Source: a virus
Lineage: Duplodnaviria > Caudoviricetes
Reading direction: 5' to 3' (one strand)
IMG/VR virus record: IMGVR_UViG_3300044731_001455
Span: 1-29,020 of that record
Length of the DNA stretch: 29,020 nucleotides
Part shown: piece after piece, positions 1-8,506 of the stretch
Layout: each line of letters begins with the position of its first letter
Numbering within the stretch: position 1 is the stretch's first letter
The notes under the pieces: generated by a model
The model's input: only the letters and a program-made list of their open reading frames with translations
What the model was told of the DNA's origin: nothing
Databases searched by the model: none
Position numbers and translations under genes: made by a program

Positions 1-2
1 TG

Positions 3-3000
3 GCGGGCAGAGTCCTGTGGGGGGATCCGATCTACCGCGGGTTCTTTGTTGGGCAGCCGGTGCAGCGAGGTGGAAAGTTTGTGGGAGAATTGGCGCTGAC
101 CGAAGGGGTGCGATTCTACGATTGGCTGGCAAGCAAAGGTGTGAAGCTCGCCGTGAAGCCGGCGGCGCCGCAGGCGGCCGAGCTGGCCTCACGCGGTGCC
201 TTTGTCAGCACGTTCAGCCGCGGGCCCGGGTCCAAACCGCAGAACGTGCCGGTCACGTTTGGGGGCATGAACCTCGTGCGGCCTCTCGAGCTGCCCGAGC
301 TGGTCCGCCTGGTGCGTTCGCTGACGGGGGAGTCCCCCGGGGTGGGGAGGGCGGGAAAGAAGGCCCTTGGAAAGTTTCAGGATGGGGCCATCACGCTGGA
401 TCCGCGCATCTTTCGTGACCCCGAGGTGGCGGCCATGGTGCTGGCGCACGAAATCGGGCACCTGGTGGACTACCTGCCGGACGCGGAGCTGCGCCGGGGC
501 AACCTGTTGGGGCATCTGTTGGCCCTGCGGCGATTTCTCAACCACACGTTTGGACCGCTCAAAGCGGTCGAGCTGCGGACGGAATTGCTCGACGTGACCC
601 GTTGGTGGCGGCCCTACGACCCGGCCGTGGATCCGCCCAGTTACGTGAAGTACCGGGAGACTCCCGAGGAGCTGTACGCGGATGCGTTGTCGGTCCTGTT
701 TAACGCTCCAGCCGAATTGGAGCAGCGCGCGCCCAAGTTCTACGAAGCGTTTTGGTCAAACCTCGATCGCCGGCCCGAGGTGCGGGATGCGTTGTTCGCG
801 CTCCAAGACCTGTTGGGCAAGGGCAAGGTGCAGGTCATCGACGAGCGTGCGCGCACCATCGAGCAGGCTTTTGCCGAAGGTGAGGCACGATGGAAACAAG
901 CTGTGGCCGATCGGGAGGCGGCGGCAAAGTCCTGGGATGGATGGTGGACGCGGCTCTGGCAGGAACTCTACTGGAACCACTTCCCCATGGAGCAGCGCGC
1001 GGCGCAGGTCGAGCGTCGTGGGGTGAAGCTGAAGCCCGAGGAGGATCCCCGGAAGTTCCTCGATGACCTGGGCTATAGGGACACCACGGTAATGGCCTGG
1101 GGCCGCCGGGTGTTTGAGCGGGTGATTCAACCGGTGGAGGCCTCGGGCATGACGATCGAGGACTTTGGCAAGTTCCTCCTCTACCAGCGCATCCTGAATG
1201 GGGACCGCAGTGGGTTGGCCAATCCGTCCGGCCTCACGCCGCAAGCGGCCCAGCTCGGCCTCCTGCGCATGAACCTGGACCTGGGCATCGATCGCATGAC
1301 GGTGCTGCGGGATGCCGTCAAACGGTTTCACGACGACGTCTTCACTCTGGCGGAGCAGGCCGTGCAGGTGGGCGCCTACAATCGCACCACGTTCAACACG
1401 GTCATCAAGCCCAACCGGGACACCTACGCCACGTTCGCGGTCCTGGACTACGTCGACGACTGGATTCCGGCGGGCATCAAGGAACAGGTGGGTACGCTCA
1501 AGGACGTGGCGAATCCGTTTCAGGCCACGATCCTCAAGAGCATTTCCCTCATCAACCTCATCGCCTACCAGCAGGCCAAGAACAAGACGGTGAAGTTCCT
1601 GACGGAGTACTTCCCTGACGAAATCACGCGGGGAGGTGAGGACAAGCCTGCCGCCCGCCGGGATAGGGCGCCCCTGATGGTCTTGGAGAACGGCAGGCCG
1701 GTGCACTACCAGGTCGATCCGTACATCGCTGAAGCGTTCGAACGTCGCAACCCGAAGGACCTGCATTGGCTGACAAAAGCGGCCGACGGTCTGTTCCGGC
1801 GGTTCGTGTACCCGTTCATCATCACCTACAACCCGGGGTTCCTCCTGTTCATGTCGCCGCTGCGCGATTTGCAGCGGACGGGTCGCAACCTGCCGGGCGC
1901 CTTTGGACGCCTGCGGCTCCTCCCGGAGTACGTCCGGCAATACCGGCAGGTGCGCCAGCGGTATTCCGGGGAATCGGGGCCGCTTATTCGCGAGATGGAG
2001 GCCAACCTGGGGTTGGGCACTCCGTTCGATCAGATCACGCGCGCCAATCGGGACGACTTCGTGGGCGATCTTCTTCGGCGAATGCGGGTGATGCCCAACC
2101 ACGAGATCCGGGGATTCCTTCGCACCAGGTTGTGGCGGCCCGTCACCGCGGCTCTCGACCAGCTTGAGGCGGTGGGCATGACTCTGGACACGCTCACCAA
2201 GGTGAGCGCCTACAGCCTGCTGCGCCAGCAGGGCATGAAGCCCAAGGTAGCGGGCGCGTGGGTCCGCAACTACGCGGGGCTCCCCAACACCAACAAAAAG
2301 GGGCTGTGGATGCGGCAGGTGCGGGCGCTGTTCCCGTTCTGGAACGTCATGATTCAGGGGTGGCGGGCGGAGGGTCGAATGATGTCGCACCCGACCACCC
2401 GAGGGGGATGGTGGTTCAAATACGCCACGACCAACGGCATCGCTCGTATCCTGACGGCGCTGGCGGCCACCGGTGTTCTCGGGCAGGCGCTCAAGGAGCT
2501 GTACGCGGCCATTTCCGGCTACGACCAGGCCAATTACATCACGGTCCCGGTGGGCAGCACGGAGGGCGGGGAGTTCGGCTCCCGGACCGCATACCTGCGC
2601 ATCCCGGAATCCGAGACGGACCGCCTGTTGGGCGGCCTCATTTCGAACGGGATCAAGGCCGTGGCCGGGGATGACACGAAGCTCAGCGAAATCTTCGACT
2701 TCGGCATGGGGCAGTTCCCCACGCTCAATCCGATCGTGACCGTGCCGGCGGCCTGGGCGCAATTCGCCTCGGGTCACAATCCCCGGGACCCGTTCACCGG
2801 CCGAGACATCGTTCCGTCTCGGGAGTGGGCCGCTGGCGGCATGGACTCGTTCGTGCCCATGGCGGGCTGGACGCTCAACCAGTCTGGCGTGGGGAACTGG
2901 CTCCGGTGGGATCCTCGGTCGGAAACCACCTGGGAAGCTGTCCTGAGTGCCACCCCGGGCATCAACCGCGTCGCCAAGGTGTCCGACCAGGGCCTCCGGG

Positions 3001-3287
3001 AGCAGCAACGGGCCGGGATGGACGAGGAAGCGGCCCAGCGGGCTCGGGCCAAGCTGAAGCTGCCGGGGTCGGTGCAGGCCCTCGAAATGGAGTACTTCCG
3101 GCTGAACCGGATCCCCAAGGAACGCCAGTCCCCGGCGCAGGCCGAGCGTCTGGTGGAGCTACGCGGCTGGTATCGGACGGTCTACAGTCCGGCCTGGCAG
3201 ACGTTGGAGGAGGAGCAGAAGGCCGGGCGGGACACCGCCTCCCTCCGCCGCCGGCTGGAGGAGGACTCCAAGCCGTGGGCACGTTGA
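3..3287 (+). CDS. Large polyvalent / DNA-ejection-type virion protein, 5'-truncated (zincin-like metallopeptidase motif plus LPD38-like C-terminal region)
   Basis: Frame is open back to position 3 (AGRVLWGDPIY...), so the true start is upstream of the window. VLAHEIGHLVD (HExxH) with downstream EELYAD. C-terminal YLRIPES...NPIV...DPFTGRDIVP pattern recalls LPD38-type domains. Last gene before attP. Confidence 0.7.
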   Translation, partial: AGRVLWGDPIYRGFFVGQPVQRGGKFVGELALTEGVRFYDWLASKGVKLAVKPAAPQAAELASRGAFVSTFSRGPGSKPQNVPVTFGGMNLVRPLELPELVRLVRSLTGESPGVGRAGKKALGKFQDGAITLDPRIFRDPEVAAMVLAHEIGHLVDYLPDAELRRGNLLGHLLALRRFLNHTFGPLKAVELRTELLDVTRWWRPYDPAVDPPSYVKYRETPEELYADALSVLFNAPAELEQRAPKFYEAFWSNLDRRPEVRDALFALQDLLGKGKVQVIDERARTIEQAFAEGEARWKQAVADREAAAKSWDGWWTRLWQELYWNHFPMEQRAAQVERRGVKLKPEEDPRKFLDDLGYRDTTVMAWGRRVFERVIQPVEASGMTIEDFGKFLLYQRILNGDRSGLANPSGLTPQAAQLGLLRMNLDLGIDRMTVLRDAVKRFHDDVFTLAEQAVQVGAYNRTTFNTVIKPNRDTYATFAVLDYVDDWIPAGIKEQVGTLKDVANPFQATILKSISLINLIAYQQAKNKTVKFLTEYFPDEITRGGEDKPAARRDRAPLMVLENGRPVHYQVDPYIAEAFERRNPKDLHWLTKAADGLFRRFVYPFIITYNPGFLLFMSPLRDLQRTGRNLPGAFGRLRLLPEYVRQYRQVRQRYSGESGPLIREMEANLGLGTPFDQITRANRDDFVGDLLRRMRVMPNHEIRGFLRTRLWRPVTAALDQLEAVGMTLDTLTKVSAYSLLRQQGMKPKVAGAWVRNYAGLPNTNKKGLWMRQVRALFPFWNVMIQGWRAEGRMMSHPTTRGGWWFKYATTNGIARILTALAATGVLGQALKELYAAISGYDQANYITVPVGSTEGGEFGSRTAYLRIPESETDRLLGGLISNGIKAVAGDDTKLSEIFDFGMGQFPTLNPIVTVPAAWAQFASGHNPRDPFTGRDIVPSREWAAGGMDSFVPMAGWTLNQSGVGNWLRWDPRSETTWEAVLSATPGINRVAKVSDQGLREQQRAGMDEEAAQRARAKLKLPGSVQALEMEYFRLNRIPKERQSPAQAERLVELRGWYRTVYSPAWQTLEEEQKAGRDTASLRRRLEEDSKPWAR

Positions 3288-3440
3288 TTTCCCTGCCCCC
3301 GCTGAAAGTCGGGCTCATGTCCGTGTGCTGCCGACCGTGCAGCCTAGGCGGGTGGCGGGGTGCAGCCAATTGAGCAGCGCAAATGACAGGCTTGGCAAAT
3401 ACCGTTGGGCTCCATTAGGTTGCGCCCATGGATTGGCAGG

Positions 3441-3485
3441 CTCTTAATCAATTGGTTTCAGGTTCAAGTCCTGACCGGGGCACCA
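3441..3485 (+). other. attP core: 3' 45 bp of tRNA-Lys(CTT)
   Basis: CTCTTAA anticodon loop (CTT at 3443-3445), TCAAT, TGGTT, T-arm TCAGG-TTCAAGT-CCTGA, acceptor strand CCGGGGC, discriminator A, CCA. The 5' half is absent (upstream GCAGG cannot pair with TCAAT). Lies next to the integrase 3' end. Confidence 0.92.
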
Positions 3486-3575
3486 TCCTCTCCCGCAGAT
3501 ACTTCCGCAGTAAATCACTCCCCAGCAACGCTTAACCGCATGCTGGAAACCGTATCAAAATCCTCAGAACCCCCT

Positions 3576-3605
3576 TCCGTTGGCGTCCGTTAGCGTCCGT
3601 TTGGG
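3576..3605 (+). repeat. Three 10-bp tandem repeats, candidate Xis/RDF sites
   Basis: TCCGTTGGCG TCCGTTAGCG TCCGTTTGGG; a related pair ACCGTTGGGC TCCATTAGGT sits at 3401-3420. Confidence 0.55.
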
Positions 3606-3627
3606 ATGCAGCCAAGACGCAGCCAGT

Positions 3628-4890
3628 TCATGCAGCCCTCTCCATGGGCACGATGTTCGAGGGGGCCTCGGCGAGGGTAGACCAGCAGGGTGCCGCGGGA
3701 GCCTCGGGCATCCAGTCGAACAGGCCATCGCCCCCGAGGATGGCCAGCCGCTCCCCGTAGGTCCGGACCACAAGCCCGGGGCCGGATCCCTGGCCCAGCT
3801 CCACGGCGATCGTGGCATCCTCAACCCCCTGGCTCCGGCGGACCCGGACGTAAAACGCGCGCATCCCATGCGGCTTACGCTTGGCCACCCCAATCGCTTC
3901 GGCGGCCTCGGAGAGGCTTCGGCCGAGGTGACTCTCGGCGACTGACCCGTACGGCACCAAGGGGAGCTTGGGGTCCGCGGGGTCCGGGAACAACCAAGGG
4001 CTCGTGGGCCACTTTGTGGCGGTGTACTTCCGCCAGACGGCGAGGAAGGCGCCGAGGGAAGGGTGGATCAGGACGGCCGGGTTGATTCCGCCCTTGCACC
4101 GGCGTACCCGCATCAACTCCACCTCGGCGCCGTCGCGGCGGATGGTCAGGCGCCGACCCGGGTCATCGGCGCCGGCATCCCACCGCAGGGCCCCGGGTTC
4201 CCCGGGGCGCAGGCCGGTCATGGCCTGGAAGAGGAGGTGACCGCCGGCCACCACGGAAGCCGGATCCCCGGCGAACAGGTGCGCCACGAGTCGGTGCAGC
4301 TCCTCGTCACTGGCTGGCATCGCGGCCGAGCAGTGAACAACGGCGGCGGCGTCCCGGTACGTCGGGCGGGCGGTAAAGGGATTCTCGGTCAGTCTGCCGG
4401 AGGACACCGCCCACGTGCAAAGTTGGTGCAGGGCCACCAGCTCAAGATCCGCCTGGCGCTCGCCGGTCCCCGATCGGGCGTTCTGCCGCTTGTGGGCGCC
4501 GAACGATTCGAAGTCCCGGGGGCCGATTCCGGCGGGGCTGCGGCTGCCCCACCAAGCGAGGGCGGTGCGGAGGAACACCTTCAATCGCTTCTGCTGCGGT
4601 TCGGTGCGAGGGCGCCCCCCGGGCTTCGGCATGCCGGCCTCCAGCCATTCCTTCGCGACCTGGTCGAGGGTGATGGTGGCGCGCTGGCGGGTCCGGTCGA
4701 TTTCCGCCCACCGGCCGGCCTGAACGGCGGCGCGCAGGTCGCGCTCCGCGCGTTCCGCGTCTCGGCGGGATCCGGAGAACGTGCGCGTGATGCGGCGGCC
4801 GCCGCCGGCGGGGACAACGATCGTCCATGAAGTTTCGTCCCGGACGATCGATCCGTCCGGGGCCCTACGGGTTCGATGGTAGATGCTCAT
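3628..4890 (-). CDS. int: Tyrosine recombinase / phage integrase
   Basis: TGLRPGE (Arg I), CKGG (Lys), HGMR (HxxR), RTYG (Tyr nucleophile); N-terminal arm-binding-like region; adjacent to the att site. Confidence 0.93.
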   Translation of the reverse strand: MSIYHRTRRAPDGSIVRDETSWTIVVPAGGGRRITRTFSGSRRDAERAERDLRAAVQAGRWAEIDRTRQRATITLDQVAKEWLEAGMPKPGGRPRTEPQQKRLKVFLRTALAWWGSRSPAGIGPRDFESFGAHKRQNARSGTGERQADLELVALHQLCTWAVSSGRLTENPFTARPTYRDAAAVVHCSAAMPASDEELHRLVAHLFAGDPASVVAGGHLLFQAMTGLRPGEPGALRWDAGADDPGRRLTIRRDGAEVELMRVRRCKGGINPAVLIHPSLGAFLAVWRKYTATKWPTSPWLFPDPADPKLPLVPYGSVAESHLGRSLSEAAEAIGVAKRKPHGMRAFYVRVRRSQGVEDATIAVELGQGSGPGLVVRTYGERLAILGGDGLFDWMPEAPAAPCWSTLAEAPSNIVPMERAA

Positions 4891-5022
4891 GCAAAAGTTC
4901 GTAAGGAACTTGCGGGAAATTCCGTTATCAGGGGGTGCAACACAGTACTTGGAAGGAGTTGCTTTCGTTAGGTCCCGACGAAGCCCTCCGGATTGCTGAA
5001 GAACTTGAGGGGGACGCCTTCA

Positions 5023-5583
5023 TTATTCGCCTGCTGGTTTGCGTCGTGCGATACGGCGACGAACGATCGCGTCAGCCTCTTCGGCGGCGATGTCGTTGGG
5101 AATTGAACTGAGCGCGTCGGCTGCGCGTTTGGTGCGCGTGGACTCTAAGGTCTTGGCAATTTCGGGATCCCCAAGAAAGCGGGCGGTGTACTTGATGGCG
5201 TCGCGCGCGTCGGCGTTGTCGAGAGCCAATGAGCTGAGAAGATCAATGGCCGAGCGAGTTTCAGGGTCTAACTGTTGCCACGAGCTTGGTGCGCGTTGTT
5301 TGAGTCGTCCGTCCTGACCATCGCAGGCTAGCCAAACCCCGATTTCGCCGCGCAGAGGTTGGGGAATAAGATCCCGCAAAAATGCTCCCACGAGCGAAGC
5401 GGCGACGGTTCGGGAAAGGTTCTTCGCCAAGAGCTGAAGCGTTTCCGCGCTCGGTGTTACTTCTTCACGCGCCAATCGGCTCACCGTCCCACTGTTGACG
5501 CCTGCCTCCTCGGCAAACCGGGCTTGGTTGCCGTCGTAATGGGACTGGAGGACGGCAAGGAGTTGGGTGGCGAATGCGCTCAT
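5023..5583 (-). CDS. XRE-family HTH repressor (CI-like, no obvious S24 peptidase domain)
   Basis: NQARFAEEAGVNSGTVSRLAREEVTPSAETL is a Cro/CI HTH; gene is divergent from the early operon. ATG at 5583 preferred over the TTG at 5601. Confidence 0.8.
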   Translation of the reverse strand: MSAFATQLLAVLQSHYDGNQARFAEEAGVNSGTVSRLAREEVTPSAETLQLLAKNLSRTVAASLVGAFLRDLIPQPLRGEIGVWLACDGQDGRLKQRAPSSWQQLDPETRSAIDLLSSLALDNADARDAIKYTARFLGDPEIAKTLESTRTKRAADALSSIPNDIAAEEADAIVRRRIARRKPAGE

Positions 5584-5663
5584 CCGTTGCACGGTATGCA
5601 ATTACTGAGATCGGGCAAGGATTTTTGTTGTCAGGATACTGTAAGCGTGCAAAAACTACAGAC
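5584..5663. promoter_or_regulatory. Divergent immunity-region promoters and candidate operator
   Basis: Minus strand: TTGCCC-16-TACCGT-7 nt-ATG. Plus strand: TTGTCA-18-AAAACT-6 nt-ATG. Inverted repeat TTGCA-CGGTA-TGCAA at 5587-5601. Confidence 0.45.
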
Positions 5664-5885
5664 ATGCAAGCCCGGTTGGACGTTCTCGAAGCCCTGGTCC
5701 GGTATTGCCGGATCCTTCGGCAGTCAGCGGATGTTGAGAGGGTGCGAGCGGTTCTCGATGTAGAGGAGGACCTCTCGAAGAAGTTGGTGTCGGCGGGCGG
5801 GACCGTTCCGCCGACGGCTGCCGAGCTTCATCCGGGCCGCGCGGTGCGGCGTGCGCGTCGCAACCTTGTCGCCGCGGGCAAATGA
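5664..5885 (+). CDS. Small hypothetical protein, first gene of early operon
   Basis: ATG at 5664 (MQARLDVLEAL...), ATGA overlap with the next gene. Confidence 0.55.
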   Translation: MQARLDVLEALVRYCRILRQSADVERVRAVLDVEEDLSKKLVSAGGTVPPTAAELHPGRAVRRARRNLVAAGK

Positions 5886-6118
5886 ACACCTCCCCTTCCG
5901 GCGCATGGCTGGTCGTGGGTCGGCGGACGTTCCCCGACGGAACCACCACGGAACTCACCGCCTCGTCTCTCGGTCGCACTGAGGAGCGGGCCCGAGCGTT
6001 TTACCAGAGGCTCCAGCTCACTGCCCCGCCGTCCCTCCACGAGGGGCCCCCGGCCATCTTCGCCGACCACGAGCTGCAATTCTTCCCTGTCCCCGTCGAA
6101 ACCCCCGTCCTGCGATGA
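5882..6118 (+). CDS. Hypothetical protein
   Basis: ATGA overlaps at both ends. Confidence 0.55.
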   Translation: MNTSPSGAWLVVGRRTFPDGTTTELTASSLGRTEERARAFYQRLQLTAPPSLHEGPPAIFADHELQFFPVPVETPVLR

Positions 6119-6252
6119 AACCCAAAACCGACTTCATCCTCACCGAAACGAGTCTCCACGTGTGGCGCTCCCAGCCGTCGATCCCCGCATGGATCGGGCC
6201 GGCGCTGATTGCGGCCGGCATCATCGGCCTCCTGCTCATCCCCTTCCAATGA
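6115..6252 (+). CDS. Small membrane protein (45 aa; not in ORF track)
   Basis: MKPKTDFILTETSLHVWRSQPSIPAWIGPALIAAGIIGLLLIPFQ; ATGA overlap; C-terminal hydrophobic helix. Confidence 0.5.
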   Translation: MKPKTDFILTETSLHVWRSQPSIPAWIGPALIAAGIIGLLLIPFQ

Positions 6253-6353
6253 ACGATTGGCCGGGCACCCATGGACTTCATGCACTGGTCGGATTGTCTG
6301 CCGGCCGGAATTCCTTGGTTGGTTCCTTACGGGGTGCCCGGCTGCTTCCAAAC

Positions 6354-6725
6354 ATGAACTCACCTGTCTCCAATTCGTTTCTCTCCACGCTGCAAAGGCA
6401 CCGTGGCGGCGGGCTGCTGGCTGATGCCAGCGACAAGCTGGCCGCCGTGGTCGCCGGGGTCCGGGCCACCGGTCGCCCCGGACAGCTCACTGTGAAATTG
6501 ACGGTCAAACCCGCCCAGCGCGGGCAATCGGCCGTCGTCCTTACTGACGTCGTCGAAGCCAAAGCGCCTCGGGTCGAGGCGGAGGCCTCCTTCTGGTTTG
6601 CCGATGACGACGGGCTGCTCCGGACAACGGATCCCCGTCAAAAGGAGCTGCCGCTCCGCACGGTCACCGGATCGGTCATCGACGTGCCGAGTCCCGCCAC
6701 CGAAGCCACGGCCGCCAACGCCTGA
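6354..6725 (+). CDS. YfdP-like phage protein (usual partner of DUF2303)
   Basis: FLSTLQRHRGG...VRATGRPGQLTVKLTVKP...FWFADDDGLLRTTDPRQKELPL pattern; directly upstream of a DUF2303 gene. Confidence 0.75.
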   Translation: MNSPVSNSFLSTLQRHRGGGLLADASDKLAAVVAGVRATGRPGQLTVKLTVKPAQRGQSAVVLTDVVEAKAPRVEAEASFWFADDDGLLRTTDPRQKELPLRTVTGSVIDVPSPATEATAANA

Positions 6726-6759
6726 TTCACCCTCATCCGAAACTCAACAGCCGAAAGCC

Positions 6760-7605
6760 ATGAACGAAAGAACCTATCCGCCAGTCCCGTCAGGCCCGCA
6801 AGAATCCCGAACGGATACCGACGCAATTATCGAATCCGCGCACGCCACTGGCGTGCCGCATGAACCGCCCGGACTCTGCGAAGGTGCGCCTGTCGTTGTG
6901 CTGCCCAAGGGCTACACGGCCACGCCGGTGCCGGGGTGGCGAAAGCAGCCCATACGGGCCAGTGGAACTGTCCAGTGCGAAACCCTGGAATCGCTGTGCC
7001 GGTACGTTTTGGAGTTCAAAACCCTCGATTCGCGGGTGTTCGTGTCCATGCAAAAAGGCGTGGTCACTGCCGTGCTCGATTATCATGCGTCGGACGGGAC
7101 CACTGGGGGATGGTGTGAGCACCGGTGCACCTTGGTGCCAATCAAGAGCGACGCCTTCGAACGATGGGAGAAGGTCAACGGCAAGCCGATGTCGCAGTCG
7201 GAATTCGCGTTGTTCTTGGAGAATAACCTTCAGCACATCTTTGAGCCCAGCGGCGCCGATCTCCTCGGCATCATCAATGCCTTCGAGGTGGATGGCGCGA
7301 TGAGCTTCTCGAAGGTGCAGCGTCTCCAAGACGGGTCCGTCAAGATGGCGTTCTCCAACGAGACGCGGGCGAAGTCGGGCGACGTGAATGTTCCCACCAA
7401 GTTCGCGATCTCCGTCCCGATGTTCTTGGGTGACGACGCGATTCCGATTACCGCGAGGCTCCGGTACCGGCTGGGCGCTGGGGGTGACCTGAAGCTCTGG
7501 TTTGAGCTGGAGGAGCTGCCTGAAGCGCGCATGCGCGCGTTCAATGCGATGGTGGCCCGCATCGCGCAGGTCACCGAAATCGTCCCGTTCCTCGCCCAGG
7601 TGTGA
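6760..7605 (+). CDS. DUF2303 / YfdQ family protein
   Basis: AVLDYH...WCEHR...MSQSEFALFLENN...ARLRYRL motifs; ATG at 6760. Confidence 0.85.
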   Translation: MNERTYPPVPSGPQESRTDTDAIIESAHATGVPHEPPGLCEGAPVVVLPKGYTATPVPGWRKQPIRASGTVQCETLESLCRYVLEFKTLDSRVFVSMQKGVVTAVLDYHASDGTTGGWCEHRCTLVPIKSDAFERWEKVNGKPMSQSEFALFLENNLQHIFEPSGADLLGIINAFEVDGAMSFSKVQRLQDGSVKMAFSNETRAKSGDVNVPTKFAISVPMFLGDDAIPITARLRYRLGAGGDLKLWFELEELPEARMRAFNAMVARIAQVTEIVPFLAQV

Positions 7606-7871
7606 GCACGGAGATTTCCACGAAGGAACTGATTCGGGCCGCGGCTGTCCTCTCGGACGCTGGGTTCCGTGTGGTCCCGCCGGCCGTGTGGCATCTGAGA
7701 CTGCTCCGGCCGGCGGATGTGGGTGAGATCCTCGGCGTCTGCCAGCGGCGGGCGCGGGAGATCATGTTGGGGCTCCCCGGGACCGTGCGCCTCCCAGGTA
7801 ACGATCTGCGCGCGCGGCCCGGGGAGTTGGAGCGGTGGATCAAGCAGCAGGAGATTCCAGGGGGCCTATGA
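7602..7871 (+). CDS. Excisionase-like HTH DNA-binding protein
   Basis: LLRPADVGEILGVC...RARPGELERWI fits a MerR/Xis-type winged helix. Confidence 0.65.
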   Translation: MSTEISTKELIRAAAVLSDAGFRVVPPAVWHLRLLRPADVGEILGVCQRRAREIMLGLPGTVRLPGNDLRARPGELERWIKQQEIPGGL

Positions 7872-8110
7872 TCGAGCGGGAATTCAAGAAGTACCTGACC
7901 AGCGTGTACCCGATGGGAGTTCCTCCTCAGCAGGAGGCTGAAGTCCGGCAGGCATTCTTCGCCGGTGCGGCGGTCGCTATGTGCGAGATCGGGGTGGCGG
8001 CCGATGCGGGCGATAGGAATGGCGTGCGGGTCCTCAAAGAGTTGGATCGGGAGCTGGCTGAATATGTCGCGCTCCGGGCGGCCCAGCTCAAAAACCCTGC
8101 GCGATCATGA
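7868..8110 (+). CDS. Phage hypothetical protein
   Basis: MIEREFKKY...QEAEVRQAFFAGA; ATGA-coupled. Confidence 0.65.
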   Translation: MIEREFKKYLTSVYPMGVPPQQEAEVRQAFFAGAAVAMCEIGVAADAGDRNGVRVLKELDRELAEYVALRAAQLKNPARS

Positions 8111-8274
8111 GCATCCTCGATCTGTTCTTCTCTGGTGCGCGTCTGGGAATCGTGGTCGCCGGCGTGCTGTACGGATTCCTGCTCGCCTCGTGCGTCGTGT
8201 GGTTTTGGCTCTGGCTCCTCGTCGAGTCGGTGGGGTGGATCTGGGCGGGTGTGACGCGAAGGAGGAATCAATGA
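8107..8274 (+). CDS. Small membrane protein (55 aa; not in ORF track)
   Basis: MSILDLFFSGARLGIVVAGVLYGFLLASCVVWFWLWLLVESVGWIWAGVTRRRNQ; ATGA overlaps at both ends. Confidence 0.6.
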   Translation: MSILDLFFSGARLGIVVAGVLYGFLLASCVVWFWLWLLVESVGWIWAGVTRRRNQ

Positions 8275-8504
8275 GTGCCAATTTCCAGCCCGGTCCGCGG
8301 CCCTTGCCTGAACTCGCAGCCTGCCCGTTTTGCGGATGCAGCGGTCACTGGGCTGTCCAGGTCGAGGAAGGCGAGTTCGCGATCATCTGCTCAGTGTGCC
8401 ACGCCCGAGGCCCCAAGGCCCCGCTGAGTGTGCTGGCCATTCACGCATGGAACCGGCGGCGCGAGCCCAATGAGCCCGTGCCGCCGGAAGGAGGGAAGGG
8501 ATGA
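8271..8504 (+). CDS. Lar-family restriction alleviation-like Zn-finger protein
   Basis: LAACPFCG...CSVCHARGP...AIHAWNRR signature; GGAGG RBS. Confidence 0.8.
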   Translation: MSANFQPGPRPLPELAACPFCGCSGHWAVQVEEGEFAIICSVCHARGPKAPLSVLAIHAWNRRREPNEPVPPEGGKG

Positions 8505-8506
8505 TC

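Larger units (their letters stand above)
3326..3637 (+). repeat. Candidate integrase arm-type sites, (T/C)GC(A/T)GCC x6 flanking the core
   Basis: Left: TGCTGCC 3326, TGCAGCC 3338, TGCAGCC 3361. Right: TGCAGCC 3607, CGCAGCC 3618, TGCAGCC 3631. All in direct orientation. Confidence 0.6.

Noticed and set aside
756-3008. 750-aa minus-strand ORF
   Set aside because: Antisense shadow of the large plus-strand gene; no motifs; expected at high GC.
3405-3485. Complete tRNA-Lys gene
   Set aside because: No 5' acceptor strand, D-arm or 5' anticodon stem; only the 3' 45 bp are present, so it is an att core. The 3405-3593 ORF over it is spurious.
3700-3830. Inactive integrase (Gln in LGQ where His/Trp is usual)
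   Set aside because: That position is variable; R, K, HxxR and Y are intact, and the attP form is consistent with past excision.
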